A stretch of DNA of 61,147 nucleotides from positions 1-61,147 of the forward strand of contig CAYWYD010000009.1 of the NCBI GenBank assembly GCA_964462425.1. Reading direction: 5' to 3'. Position 1 is the first letter of the stretch. Every line of letters starts with the position of its first letter. The notes beneath the pieces were generated by a model. That model was not told where the DNA came from. It searched no databases and was given only the letters and a program-made list of their open reading frames with translations. Source of the stretch: an uncultured Thermoplasmata archaeon (GTDB lineage Archaea > Thermoplasmatota > Thermoplasmata > Halarchaeoplasmatales > Halarchaeoplasmataceae). Shown piece after piece: positions 18,832 to 29,746 of the stretch. A program made the position numbers and the translations under genes.

Positions 18832-21800
18832 ATGGATTTTTGGAGATCGAACTCGAAGAAGGTGAAACAGGTCATCGCCTTATCGATAGTCGGGTTGATG
18901 CTCATCTCTACGTTCATGACCGTTACCAAAGGATTCGACGTGGATGATAAGGACGAAAGATTCGACGAGGAGATAGAAAGGCAGAAGCGGTTTTCTAAAA
19001 CCATATCCTCCGTGGATGATGTAGAATCGAACCGGGCTCTGATCCGGACCATCGACGACGGTGAAGATGTGGGTGAACATACGTCTATAGATAATTCTAG
19101 TGGATATCTCTATATCAGCTTTTACTCGAGCAGCGATAACAGCTTGAAATTGGCTAGAAATGAGCTTTCAACACCCGATGAATGGTATATCTGGACCTTA
19201 GATGACGAGGGCGACGTGGGGAAGTATTCTTCTATAGATGTGGTCGATCAGGACGTGCATGTAGCCTATTATGACTCTTCGAATCAAAATCTCAAATATT
19301 TAAATTGGTGTGAAGGAGGAGACTCGAAGACAGAAGTGATCGATGATGAAGGTGACGTGGGTAAATATGCATCTTTGGAAGTCGGGAATGAAAAAGTCCA
19401 CGTGAGTTATTATGACGCATCGGAAGGACGCTTGAAGTATGCGTTCCGCGAGGAAGATCAATGGGAGATCACATCTTTTGATCATGCTGGAGACGTGGGG
19501 CAGTACACCTCTATAGCTTTGAATGGTGGAGACCCGCACATCGCCCATTATGATTGGACCGATAGGGATCTGATGTACACGCGAAATGACGGAAGTGGTT
19601 GGGAACATGATAGCGTGGGAGGTTCGGATAGGCATATGGGTAGGCACGCTTCCCTGGCGCTCGACGATGACGGCAACGCTCACATGGCTTGCCACGAGTG
19701 GACCGACGATAATTATCAGCTCGAATATATAACAAATGCAGGAGGTGATTTGGACAGCGAGACAGTCGATGAAGAAACGCCTTTCGTCGGAACCCACACT
19801 TCTATCGCTATAGACAAAGGTGGAACGCCAGTTGTCTCTTACCATCGTTGGGATGAAGAGAATCTGAAGTTGGCCTGGAAAGAAGACGGTGAATGGTCCG
19901 TGGAGAGAGTCGATGCGGACCACAGAGTAGGGAGCCATACTTCACTGGTCATGAAAAGAAAGGGGGAAGCACATGTCAGTTATTACGACAAGGCTGAAGG
20001 GAACTTGAAATACGCTAGAGTGTTCACGAGGAATCGAACGCCTTTAGCCCCTCAAAACTTCAATACCTCTTCCGAGTACGGCGAGATACTTCTAGAGTGG
20101 GATGAACCTCTTTACGATGGTATCCCAGAAGGAGATGACAATATATGGGGATACAACCTCTACAGGAAGAACGAAAGTGACGGAGAAGAGGAGTTCGAGA
20201 TGATCGGAGAGGATCTCACCAGACTCTCCTACAGGGACGATATCCCGACGGAGAATGAATCCGATACCTATGTTTACAAGGTCGCGGCGGTGAACAAAAA
20301 GGGTGAAGGAGATGAATCGACCAGGTTGAGGACGAAAGCCAAATACTTTGATTACGAGATGATAGGTCAAAAAACAAACAATTATACGATCGAAGATCTT
20401 TCTCCTTTAGAAGTGGAAGCAGACGGCGATACAGATAACTACGAGTTAAGGTGGGATTACCACTACAACGAGAGCCAGGAGGCAGATTGGGATAAGGAAA
20501 ATACAACCCTCAACGATGACTACTATGTGACAAAAAAGTATGATGAGGCCGGGCTTAAAAGCGTTATGCTGGAGATCGAATCGGAAAGTAGGACGAGAAG
20601 GTGCCTCCAGAGTGCATGGGTGCTCGGCTACTATAATCTAACCTCCACCTACGAGATGGAAGATTCCAACGAAGTCTTCTTCCATATAAACGATAGTTTT
20701 GTACCAATTGGGTACGAAGGAACATCTGAGTTGAAGAACACGTACATATTCGAAGGTAACAAGGACTTGCCCTACCGTGCCGTGAATTTTACGTTCAATG
20801 AAAACGTAAAGCGACCAAGATTAGGAGACAAAATAGAGCCGAACTACACTGAAGAGGAAAGTGCATTTTGGAACGAGACGTTCACGGTCAGCGACGCTAG
20901 GGAGGATACTGAGGTCGTGGTCGAACCGGTACTTTACAACGAGCATAGAGATTCCTACGAAAAGCCCTTTGGATCGGACTTTGATTATAGGGACGATCAG
21001 AAGCAAAAAGATGTGCAGATGATCGAGAAGATGACGTGGGTCAATCTTCTCTTAAGCCAAACTGCCGATCTGAAAGTAGAAAATGTAGGAGATGGAGATT
21101 ACTACCATGGATGGGAGTTAGAATTCGATGTAAACTTCGATGATGACGCCGAAAACGAAAGTTTTCTCAACTTCTCCTCGGTGATGCCGTCCGGCATAAA
21201 CAAATTATCAAATTACTTCGGAGGAGATTACGGGTTCGAGGTGGATACATTCCCGGATGAGGCTATAAAGTTCAACAACAACGGAAGGACCGAGACAACA
21301 CTGTTGACTTTTAGCACGGACGCGGGTGAGGATCGTGAGCTTTCAGGAGAGTTCGGGGAAAAATTTGGGAAGTCGATGGAATACAGCGGAGATACCGAAA
21401 CTCAGCTTTCCGTTACTATCCCTATAGATATGGTTGTAAATCCCGTGGAGAAAAAAATAGGGGTGGAAGGCAGTTTAGAATTAGAATTCAATGCAGAACT
21501 CAAAATAGATATCCCCCTCCAATCTATCGGTATAGCCGATGTCGGATTGACCGCCGAGGTCGGCGGTGGGATCGGCGTAGAATTCGAGATAGGCGGTCTG
21601 TACTATGAAGCGGGGGAAGGAGTAACGCCGGAACCTCCAGATAAGATACCCATCGAGATGATGGTGAACTTCGGCGGCGGGCCCTATGCTGAGGTCGCAG
21701 CCGGCCTTGCGCGAGTCGAAGGCAAGTTCATCTGTGAACTCACGGTTGGAGTCGAGATACCCAGCGGAGATAAGGACCTGGGCTTAGAAGGACGATTCGA

Positions 21801-24800
21801 GGTGGTGGCGGAAGCGGCCTGGGGTCTCTGGGAAAAATCCAAGTCATGGGAGCTTTTCAGTAAAGATGTATATTCAAATTCGGCATATCCAGAGCTTCTT
21901 GCCGAGACAGAAGGGATTAAGGATTTTGAGATATTCAGCAACGATAGGTTATATACGAGAGACTATTATCAGAATAATGAGGGTTTAAAACCTAACTTAT
22001 CACCGGAAACATCTGATGGTACAACCTCATTAGGAGAGAACGTCGCACCCGACTCTAACCCTCAAATAGAGTACCTAAATGATGATTCGGGATTGGCAGT
22101 CTGGGGGGATATTAATGAAAGTGGTGCGGATCCCAAGCTGTACAACCGAACCTATGAGAACGGAGAGTGGAGCGGGCCTGGACAAATTAACAACTTACCG
22201 AACACCGCCTACAATCCAGAATTGATAAGATGGAACGATGACAAGCTTATGATGTTGTACCAGGCTGTGGAGGAAGAGTTGACCGGGGATAATGCCGGAG
22301 AGCAATTCTTCCAGAATAATTCTATCAGGGCTAAAACCTGGTCTCCCTCCACGGGATGGTCGGAATCTCTCTTCAACTACTCGGTCGACGGTGAGCCGAT
22401 CACTGGCTATGACGTGAACGCGAGTAATGAACAGCTCTACATAACTTACAGGGCCGGCGAATCTAAATTTGACGTTTTTAACGCTTCCTACGCCGCTGAC
22501 GGCACTATTGGACTGATCAGGGCGGAGATGGGGGCTGACGGGTTAGAGATTACCGATGAGTGGGAAACCGAAGAACAGGAACGGATGTCCACCACTTCGA
22601 TCCCAGCAGTAGAATATACGGGCAGTGACGCTTGGCTCTCCTACACCAGAAATGTCGAAGAAGATGGAGAAGAAGTAAAATCGTATAACGAGACTGTTCT
22701 CGTCAAGGTCGATAGTTCTTCCCAATCTATCGACGAGATGGAAAATTGTACCGTCCGTGAAACGGAAAATAGCACCTCGCAGGTCATCCTTTCAAAGGAG
22801 AACAACAAGATGGTGGTGTCATGGGTAGAGAACCACAGCACCATAAGGAGGAGAGAAGTGGAGAAACAAAATAACGGGTGGGATAAGTCTGAGATAGAGA
22901 CCGTATTCTCTGGGAGAACCGTATCCAGCTTGGAATTCCATGAAAATGAAACCGGGAAGTTCTACACCTTCCAGGGCGGCGAGAATGCGATTCCGAGAGT
23001 TATCCAGTCAAAAGATGAAGGTTGGGGATACTTGAGGGCGGTATCGAAAGAGAACGCATATTCTCATGGACAATTGAACTCCGCCTTCAGCGTGCAGGAT
23101 CCCAAGATGATTTATGTCGAGGAGGAAGAGGTCATCGAGGATTGGCACACTGCTCATTACACTTTCAACCATATCGAAGAAGATAAAGTCAAAGATGAAA
23201 GCGAGTATGGAAATAAAGGTGATTTAGAAGGAAATTACTCCATAACCCGCCATTCCAAAAATGGGACCCGAGATCACGGAGATTACATCCAATTTAGAAA
23301 TGGAACGGGAAAGATGACCGTGCCGAGTTCGTCGAGCCTGAACGTTACCGAAGAGAGGGAAGAATTCACGGTCACGTCCATGATCAGGCTTGGAGAGAAA
23401 GACGAAGGCTCCTTTTTGAAAAAAGGCGGCTCTTGGGCGGTCAAATATGTTGACGATCAAGGAGATAAGATCTTAGTGGAACTTTGGAATGGTTCGGAAA
23501 AAGTAACTAAAAGATTAGAACCGCAAAACGTGGAGCTCGAAGAGTGGTTTTTCCTAGGTGTCCGGTATGAGCAGGGAAATAGCGATATTACTCACCTGAA
23601 CGTGACGGTGATGAAAAAAAACGAATCTTTGACTTCTGAAAGGTTTAGAGATCATACTGAAACTTTCATACTAGAAGACTTTGGAGGACTCGATTCATCC
23701 TCGGACCCGCTAACATTGGCGGGCGACCATGAAAACATCAGCATCGACGATTTCAGATTAGTCGAGAGGTATTTACCTAATGCCTCTATGATGAAGATAT
23801 ACAGCGCTCTTTATCCAGATTTTGACAAGAAACGAGATATCAGGACACAGGCCGTGCCTCCTTACGTGAATTTTACTGTTTCAGGAGGAACTGAAGCCGG
23901 GGACCCTATAGAGTTCGAGGGTAAGAGTTCAGCGGGTGATCTGAACTGGACATGGACCTTCGATGAAGAGGAAAAAAGATACGGGAAGAAGGTAAATTAC
24001 ATTTTTACCGATACTGGACACCACAGAGTGAAGCTGAAAGCGATCCACAACCGAACCGGAGCTAGGGCTTACCATGAAAAAACGATCCATGTGATTGATA
24101 CTACCCCACCCGATTTTGATGGGGTAGAAGATCACACCATATTTGAAAACAACTCAGTGGAATTGAGCTGGGAATCCGGTGAAGACTTTTCAGGACCCAT
24201 AAAATATCGTATCCATCATGTAAAAGGTGAGGAAAAGTTTAATCAGTCATTCTGGGTTAAAAGCACATATAATAATTCTGCTGTTCTTGAAGAGCTGGAA
24301 CCTGATGTAATGCACCAAGTAAAAGTCACGGCCGAAGACAAACTGGGAAACGTGAATAACGATACGAGGGTGGAAGATATCTTAGTTGAAGATAATCTTC
24401 CCCCAGAGTTCGACGGCGTTGAAAACGTTTACACTTCCGACCATCACGATAAAACTATAAATCTGGAGTGGAACCCGGCATCTGACCATTCTGAGCCGAT
24501 CACCTACCGGGTATATCATTCTCGTGGTAAGAACTTGAGTTTTGAAGATCCTATAAAAGAAGTGAACAACACCACCACCTCTGTTTTCGTTTCCGAGATA
24601 GGTCTGCATTATTTTGCAGTTAGGGCGAAAGACGATGAGGGGAATATAGAGAAAAATGAAAAAATAAAATATGCGAAAGTGAAAGATACTGGATCACCTA
24701 CTCTAGATATAATTAAACCGGAGGCGGGAACAGAAGTCAGCTCTACAGTGAGAGTCGAGTGGGAAGCTGAGGATGATCACTCAGGGATATCAAAATATTA

Positions 24801-27800
24801 TGTGTGGAGCGATGATAACGAGACTCCGAAGATTGTAGAGACCAAGGCGAGAAGAGCCAACTACACCTTTGGAACTCTGCCCGACGGAGAACGGACTCTA
24901 ACGGTAAAAGCGGTCGATGAGGCAGGTAATCATGTCAGAGATTCCGTAACCGTTGAAGTGGTCGGACCTCACCTTTCTCCTGAAGTGGAACTCGTATCAC
25001 CGGAAGACACCTCTAAGTATGTCTCGACCTCACCCTCTCTTCAGGTGAACGTTACTCATTCAAAAGATGTAGCCATGGATGTCTCTTTTTACCAAGTGGG
25101 ACCAGATGGAGATTCTTTGATCGGAAAGGAAAAAGATGTCCATAACGGAGAGACCGCTGCGGTCGAATGGAGTGGGTTGGAAGAAAATACCACCTACGAT
25201 TGGTACGTGATCGTCGATGACGGGGAAGTCAAGACAAGATCAGATACTTGGTCCTTCACTACGATAGAGAGTTCGCCCCAGATAGAGATAAACGAATTCG
25301 ATATAACGCCGATATGCGGGGAGGCACCTCTTAACCTTTCGATGACCGGTAAGATAGAAAATATTGGTGAGAAAGAAGGGTGGATTGACCTCTCGATAAA
25401 AGATGAGGAAAATTCAGAGGTGATCAAGTCGTGGACTTATTCTCTTGGTGCCGGTGGATCGAAGACGATCGAAGAGAGTTACGTACTCGAAGAGATCGGT
25501 AATTACACGGTAACTCTTGGAGAGGAGGAAGAGGGAGTTACCGTTAAGGGGGAGCTGATCCTCGAGACTCATTCTTTCGATGTACCGGAGGAGGTAACAG
25601 TAGGTGAAACGAGGACGATAGAGGCTACGGTCGAAAATCTAAAAGAGAGTGAAGAAGACGCTTACATTTTTGTCGGTAATGAGGAAGTGCACAGGGAAAC
25701 AATCCCTGTAGGAGAAAATAAATCTTTCAAAACGGACTATACCTTCGACGAGGTAGGAGAAGTGGATGTAGAGGTGAGAGATGGAGAAGGCGATGCCCTC
25801 TCAACAGAGAGTGTGAGTGTGCTTGGCTCATCTATGATAGAGGTAGTTGATTTTGAGATCAATCGTACTACATACGGGGAAATACCACTAGAGGTCTGGA
25901 TAACCGGAGAAATAGAAAACCAGGGCCAAGAAGAGGGTGGAATATGTCTTTCGATAAAAGATGAAAATTCAGAGGAGATCAACTCATGGACTTATTCTCT
26001 TGGTGCCGGTGAATCGAAGAGTATAAATGAGAGTTTTGAATTCGAAGAGGTCGGTAATTACACTGTAACGCTCGGAGAGAAGAACCGAAATGTGACAGTG
26101 ATAGACGAGGGTGAGAGGAAATTAAAGGCTCATTCTCTGGAGACACCCGATGAGGTAATAGTAGGTGAGACGGAAACGATAAAGGCTACCGTCGAAAATC
26201 TGCAGGATGAGCAAGAAAACACTTACATCTATGTCGCCGGCAAAGAGGTCCACACAGAAACCATATCTGGAAGAAAAAATAGAACTTTTGAAACGGAACA
26301 CACCTTCGAAGAGTTGGGAGATGTAGACGTAGAGGTCCGAGACTCTGAAGGCGATGTTCATTTGGAAGAAAGTGTAACCGTGGTTGATGCTTCTAAGATA
26401 GAGGTGACCGATCTCGACGTAGCGCCCCTAAAAGGAGAAGTACCTCTGACCGTTTCGATAAGTGGAGATGTGAAAAATCTTGGAAGCGAAGCGGGAGATG
26501 TTAACCTATCGATAGAAGATGAGTCGGAGGAGATCAAATCTTGGACTTACTCTGTCGAGCCTGATGGATCGTTGGGTATAGAGGAACATTATGAGTTCGC
26601 TAAGGTAGGTGAGTACGAGATAACTCTTGGGGAGAGAACACGAGAAGTGACGGTTGTAGAGGAAGGTGAAATAGGGTTGAAGCCCCATTCTCTCGATGTA
26701 ACTGAAGAGATAAAGATCGGCGAGACTGGAACGATAGAGGGCACGGTCGAAAATCTACACGAGGGTGAAGAAAACGCTTACATCTATGTCGGCGGCGAAA
26801 AGGTACACGAAGAGACTATACCGGGTGGACAAAATAGGACCTTTGAAACGGAACACACCTTCGAAGAGAGGGGTGAAGTAGCCGTAGAGGTGAGAGACGA
26901 GGAAGGCGATCCACTCCTAAAAGAGAGTGTTCTCGTGCTCGAGTCATCACAGATAGACGTGAACGCCCTCGATATAAAGCCGATATACGGAGAAGTGCCT
27001 CTGAGAGTTTCGATAACCGGGGAGATTGAAAATCGTGGAGATAAGGAAGGAGAGATAGACCTCTCGATAGAAGATAACACTTCAGAAGAGCTCGACTCAT
27101 GGACATATTCTCTTGGACCCGATGAAACGAAAACTATCGGGGATGATTATAATTTCGACGAGACAGGTAAATACACGGTCACTCTTGGAGAGAAAAATCG
27201 AAACGTGACCGTTATGGATGAAGAGGAGATGGAGCTCAAACCACATTCTCTCGATGTGCCAGAAGAGGTAACAGTGGGGGGAACAGGAACGATAGAAGCT
27301 ACGGTCGAAAATCTACAAGAGGGTGAAGAAGACGCTTACATTTTTGTCGGTGATGAGGAAGTACACCGTGAAACCATTTCTGGAGGAGAAAATAGAACTT
27401 TCGAAACGGAACACACTTTTGATGAAGTAGGTGAGGTGATGGTAGAGGTGAGAGATGAGGAAGGCGACGCTCTCCTGAGAGAAAGTGTATCTGTGATCGA
27501 ACCTATAATAGAAAATGCACCTGATGAACCTATCGATCCTAGACCGTACGACGGAAGTGAGGATGTATCCACCTCCCCTACTCTCAATGTTGAAGTTAAC
27601 CATCCGGACGATGCTGCGATGGACGTTTCTTTCTATCAAAAATCTTCGAATGGAGATTCTTTGATCGGTATCGATCAGGACGTACCCAGTAGAGAGACTG
27701 CTTCGATAGAGTGGAACGGATTGGAAGAAAATACTACATACTCTTGGTACGTGGTCGTAGATGACGGCACCAACGAAAATACATCGGAGACATGGAGTTT

Positions 27801-28269
27801 CACCACCAGCGAAACGGGGATGAACAATCCGCCCGATATACCTACTCTGATAGGACCAAAAAACGGTTCAACCTCTGTGAAAACAAATGTTACCTTGGAA
27901 GTGGAGGTCACCGATAAAGACGGAGACCTTTTGAACGTCACCTTCTATGACGTGGAAAACGATCAACAGATAGCATCCACTCGATCCGGTGTTCCAACCA
28001 ATTCAACGGTTGAAGTCGAATGGACCAATCTATCGCACGATACTACGTACGAATGGAAGGTCGTGGTGGAAGACGGGGATAATACGACCCACTCCTCGAC
28101 ATGGTCCTTTACCACCGTGGAAGAAGAGGACGATGTAAAGAATAAAGATGAAGAAGGCGCGTTATCTATCATACAGATGGTCCTAGCCGTCGCTCTGGTC
28201 GCGATGATCGGACTCGGAAGCTGGATGTGGTACAAAGAAAAGTATTATGAAGATGAAGGCGAGGATTGA
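18832..28269 (+). CDS. Giant (about 3145 aa) membrane-anchored mosaic surface protein: beta-propeller, FN3, PKD, LamG-like, Ig/CARDB-like repeats
   Basis: Signal segment, 7 DxxGDVGxYxSI blades, FN3 motifs, IDDFRL LamG-like motif, WTWTFD PKD motif, C-terminal TM, many NxS/T sequons. Confidence 0.88.
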   Translation: MDFWRSNSKKVKQVIALSIVGLMLISTFMTVTKGFDVDDKDERFDEEIERQKRFSKTISSVDDVESNRALIRTIDDGEDVGEHTSIDNSSGYLYISFYSSSDNSLKLARNELSTPDEWYIWTLDDEGDVGKYSSIDVVDQDVHVAYYDSSNQNLKYLNWCEGGDSKTEVIDDEGDVGKYASLEVGNEKVHVSYYDASEGRLKYAFREEDQWEITSFDHAGDVGQYTSIALNGGDPHIAHYDWTDRDLMYTRNDGSGWEHDSVGGSDRHMGRHASLALDDDGNAHMACHEWTDDNYQLEYITNAGGDLDSETVDEETPFVGTHTSIAIDKGGTPVVSYHRWDEENLKLAWKEDGEWSVERVDADHRVGSHTSLVMKRKGEAHVSYYDKAEGNLKYARVFTRNRTPLAPQNFNTSSEYGEILLEWDEPLYDGIPEGDDNIWGYNLYRKNESDGEEEFEMIGEDLTRLSYRDDIPTENESDTYVYKVAAVNKKGEGDESTRLRTKAKYFDYEMIGQKTNNYTIEDLSPLEVEADGDTDNYELRWDYHYNESQEADWDKENTTLNDDYYVTKKYDEAGLKSVMLEIESESRTRRCLQSAWVLGYYNLTSTYEMEDSNEVFFHINDSFVPIGYEGTSELKNTYIFEGNKDLPYRAVNFTFNENVKRPRLGDKIEPNYTEEESAFWNETFTVSDAREDTEVVVEPVLYNEHRDSYEKPFGSDFDYRDDQKQKDVQMIEKMTWVNLLLSQTADLKVENVGDGDYYHGWELEFDVNFDDDAENESFLNFSSVMPSGINKLSNYFGGDYGFEVDTFPDEAIKFNNNGRTETTLLTFSTDAGEDRELSGEFGEKFGKSMEYSGDTETQLSVTIPIDMVVNPVEKKIGVEGSLELEFNAELKIDIPLQSIGIADVGLTAEVGGGIGVEFEIGGLYYEAGEGVTPEPPDKIPIEMMVNFGGGPYAEVAAGLARVEGKFICELTVGVEIPSGDKDLGLEGRFEVVAEAAWGLWEKSKSWELFSKDVYSNSAYPELLAETEGIKDFEIFSNDRLYTRDYYQNNEGLKPNLSPETSDGTTSLGENVAPDSNPQIEYLNDDSGLAVWGDINESGADPKLYNRTYENGEWSGPGQINNLPNTAYNPELIRWNDDKLMMLYQAVEEELTGDNAGEQFFQNNSIRAKTWSPSTGWSESLFNYSVDGEPITGYDVNASNEQLYITYRAGESKFDVFNASYAADGTIGLIRAEMGADGLEITDEWETEEQERMSTTSIPAVEYTGSDAWLSYTRNVEEDGEEVKSYNETVLVKVDSSSQSIDEMENCTVRETENSTSQVILSKENNKMVVSWVENHSTIRRREVEKQNNGWDKSEIETVFSGRTVSSLEFHENETGKFYTFQGGENAIPRVIQSKDEGWGYLRAVSKENAYSHGQLNSAFSVQDPKMIYVEEEEVIEDWHTAHYTFNHIEEDKVKDESEYGNKGDLEGNYSITRHSKNGTRDHGDYIQFRNGTGKMTVPSSSSLNVTEEREEFTVTSMIRLGEKDEGSFLKKGGSWAVKYVDDQGDKILVELWNGSEKVTKRLEPQNVELEEWFFLGVRYEQGNSDITHLNVTVMKKNESLTSERFRDHTETFILEDFGGLDSSSDPLTLAGDHENISIDDFRLVERYLPNASMMKIYSALYPDFDKKRDIRTQAVPPYVNFTVSGGTEAGDPIEFEGKSSAGDLNWTWTFDEEEKRYGKKVNYIFTDTGHHRVKLKAIHNRTGARAYHEKTIHVIDTTPPDFDGVEDHTIFENNSVELSWESGEDFSGPIKYRIHHVKGEEKFNQSFWVKSTYNNSAVLEELEPDVMHQVKVTAEDKLGNVNNDTRVEDILVEDNLPPEFDGVENVYTSDHHDKTINLEWNPASDHSEPITYRVYHSRGKNLSFEDPIKEVNNTTTSVFVSEIGLHYFAVRAKDDEGNIEKNEKIKYAKVKDTGSPTLDIIKPEAGTEVSSTVRVEWEAEDDHSGISKYYVWSDDNETPKIVETKARRANYTFGTLPDGERTLTVKAVDEAGNHVRDSVTVEVVGPHLSPEVELVSPEDTSKYVSTSPSLQVNVTHSKDVAMDVSFYQVGPDGDSLIGKEKDVHNGETAAVEWSGLEENTTYDWYVIVDDGEVKTRSDTWSFTTIESSPQIEINEFDITPICGEAPLNLSMTGKIENIGEKEGWIDLSIKDEENSEVIKSWTYSLGAGGSKTIEESYVLEEIGNYTVTLGEEEEGVTVKGELILETHSFDVPEEVTVGETRTIEATVENLKESEEDAYIFVGNEEVHRETIPVGENKSFKTDYTFDEVGEVDVEVRDGEGDALSTESVSVLGSSMIEVVDFEINRTTYGEIPLEVWITGEIENQGQEEGGICLSIKDENSEEINSWTYSLGAGESKSINESFEFEEVGNYTVTLGEKNRNVTVIDEGERKLKAHSLETPDEVIVGETETIKATVENLQDEQENTYIYVAGKEVHTETISGRKNRTFETEHTFEELGDVDVEVRDSEGDVHLEESVTVVDASKIEVTDLDVAPLKGEVPLTVSISGDVKNLGSEAGDVNLSIEDESEEIKSWTYSVEPDGSLGIEEHYEFAKVGEYEITLGERTREVTVVEEGEIGLKPHSLDVTEEIKIGETGTIEGTVENLHEGEENAYIYVGGEKVHEETIPGGQNRTFETEHTFEERGEVAVEVRDEEGDPLLKESVLVLESSQIDVNALDIKPIYGEVPLRVSITGEIENRGDKEGEIDLSIEDNTSEELDSWTYSLGPDETKTIGDDYNFDETGKYTVTLGEKNRNVTVMDEEEMELKPHSLDVPEEVTVGGTGTIEATVENLQEGEEDAYIFVGDEEVHRETISGGENRTFETEHTFDEVGEVMVEVRDEEGDALLRESVSVIEPIIENAPDEPIDPRPYDGSEDVSTSPTLNVEVNHPDDAAMDVSFYQKSSNGDSLIGIDQDVPSRETASIEWNGLEENTTYSWYVVVDDGTNENTSETWSFTTSETGMNNPPDIPTLIGPKNGSTSVKTNVTLEVEVTDKDGDLLNVTFYDVENDQQIASTRSGVPTNSTVEVEWTNLSHDTTYEWKVVVEDGDNTTHSSTWSFTTVEEEDDVKNKDEEGALSIIQMVLAVALVAMIGLGSWMWYKEKYYEDEGED
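25280..27500 (+). repeat. Four tandem about 558-bp units, each encoding two CARDB/Ig-like modules
   Basis: cattct-based core at about 25570, 26131, 26686, 27244; SWTYSLG and ExTFxExG motifs recur. Confidence 0.85.
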
Positions 28270-28317
28270 GAGGTCTATCGTTAAATCCAAATATACCGAC
28301 CATATGTAAAGGCTCAT

Positions 28318-28848
28318 ATGTTCAGGTCCGGTCGATCCAGGCTATTGATCATAATCCTTATCCTCTTGATTTTGACCTTTTTCTTTATCTGGTATGGCTC
28401 TCTGGGGCCAAATCCAGAGAAAGGCAGTTATCCGAACCAGGAACACCTGATCGAGGATTACGACGCCTACATAGGAGAGGAAGTAGAGGTCGGAGGAAAG
28501 GTGGTAGAGACAGATCCCGTAAGGATAGAGGCGGAGCACGGTGACGAATCTATCGAACTGAATATAACCGGCGTGGAGGAAAGTGTAGAGAAGGGAGATA
28601 GACTCACGGTCTACGGCACGGTGGAGGAAGAGCAGACTATCGAAGCGGAGAATGCAGTCATCCAGCCGGTCGTGAACTGGTTATATATGTACTTGATCTC
28701 TGGTATAGCCGCCTTTTGGGTTTTCCTCCGCATAGTCAAACAATGGAGATGGGACTCGGAGACGGCGAGTTTGAAAGTTAGAGAAGAACCATTGAGCCTA
28801 AAGGATCTGATAGCTGGTGAAGATGAGGGAGGATATGAAAATGGCTGA
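28318..28848 (+). CDS. Membrane protein with OB-fold-like extracellular domain
   Basis: N- and C-terminal TM segments, GEEVEVGGKV / GDRLTVYGTV. Confidence 0.7.
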   Translation: MFRSGRSRLLIIILILLILTFFFIWYGSLGPNPEKGSYPNQEHLIEDYDAYIGEEVEVGGKVVETDPVRIEAEHGDESIELNITGVEESVEKGDRLTVYGTVEEEQTIEAENAVIQPVVNWLYMYLISGIAAFWVFLRIVKQWRWDSETASLKVREEPLSLKDLIAGEDEGGYENG

Positions 28849-29338
28849 TCTGATGACCCATGTTCTCGTCGGTTATACAGTAGGGATGGTATTATCGTGG
28901 AAATACGAGTGGGTCACACCTCCCTACATAACTGGATTGATGGCCGGGGCGACTCTACCCGATGTAATTAGAGTAAGGATACTTCTCGACTCGAATGCGA
29001 TAGAGAGTTTCCTCGGAATACCTTTTTCATGGTCACCTCTCCATACGGCTGTGGGTGTATTCTTATCCCTACTGATACTCACCTCGTTTTTTACAGGCAG
29101 ACGTGCTAAACGCATCTTTCTCCTAATCGGTTTAGGGGCTCTTTCACATCTAATTCTTGACTCATTACTCATCAGTGCCTCTGGTTTCTCTTATCCGCTG
29201 TTTTGGCCTTTGTACTCTCAACACCTACCCGCTGGTGGTCTTTACCTCAGTTCTGACATGTATCCCGCGGTGGCGGCGGCGTTTACAGCTTTTGTGGTCT
29301 GGCTCATCGATCAAGATCAAAGAACATCTGCGAAATAA
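28841..29338 (+). CDS. Membrane metal-dependent hydrolase (YdjM-like)
   Basis: TH, LPD, H, SHLILD, PLFWP motifs; ATG 28841. Confidence 0.82.
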   Translation: MADLMTHVLVGYTVGMVLSWKYEWVTPPYITGLMAGATLPDVIRVRILLDSNAIESFLGIPFSWSPLHTAVGVFLSLLILTSFFTGRRAKRIFLLIGLGALSHLILDSLLISASGFSYPLFWPLYSQHLPAGGLYLSSDMYPAVAAAFTAFVVWLIDQDQRTSAK

Positions 29339-29448
29339 AGGGATGGAAAGAACTTTATAAGGAATCTTACTCGACCAAACTGTAGAGGATCGTACTTGAC
29401 CAAAAAGATTGAAAAGGTCCTTCGAAGTATAGATAGGATGGGAGAAAG

Positions 29449-29745
29449 ATGAATGAAAAGGAAGATATGGATGAGGAAAAAGATGAGAGATGTTGGTTGA
29501 TCGAATCCAAAGAAAAAGAAGGCAGTGTTTGTCTTATCCCAGAAAGGTGTAAAGGGTGTGGTTTCTGCATCGAGTTCTGTCCAGTAGATGCTTTGGAATT
29601 CTCCGACGATACCACGGAAAAGGGGTATAATCCGCCGGAGATGACCGGTGACTGTATCTTGTGCGGCACTTGTGAGAAGATGTGTCCAGAATTTTCTATC
29701 TATCTGAAGAAGAAAGATAAAGATGATGAAAAAGGAGGTGGATAA
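29449..29745 (+). CDS. korD: 2-oxoacid:ferredoxin oxidoreductase delta subunit (2x4Fe-4S)
   Basis: CKGCGFCIEFCP and CILCGTCEKMCP; operon context. Confidence 0.85.
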   Translation: MNEKEDMDEEKDERCWLIESKEKEGSVCLIPERCKGCGFCIEFCPVDALEFSDDTTEKGYNPPEMTGDCILCGTCEKMCPEFSIYLKKKDKDDEKGGG

Positions 29746-29746
29746 G

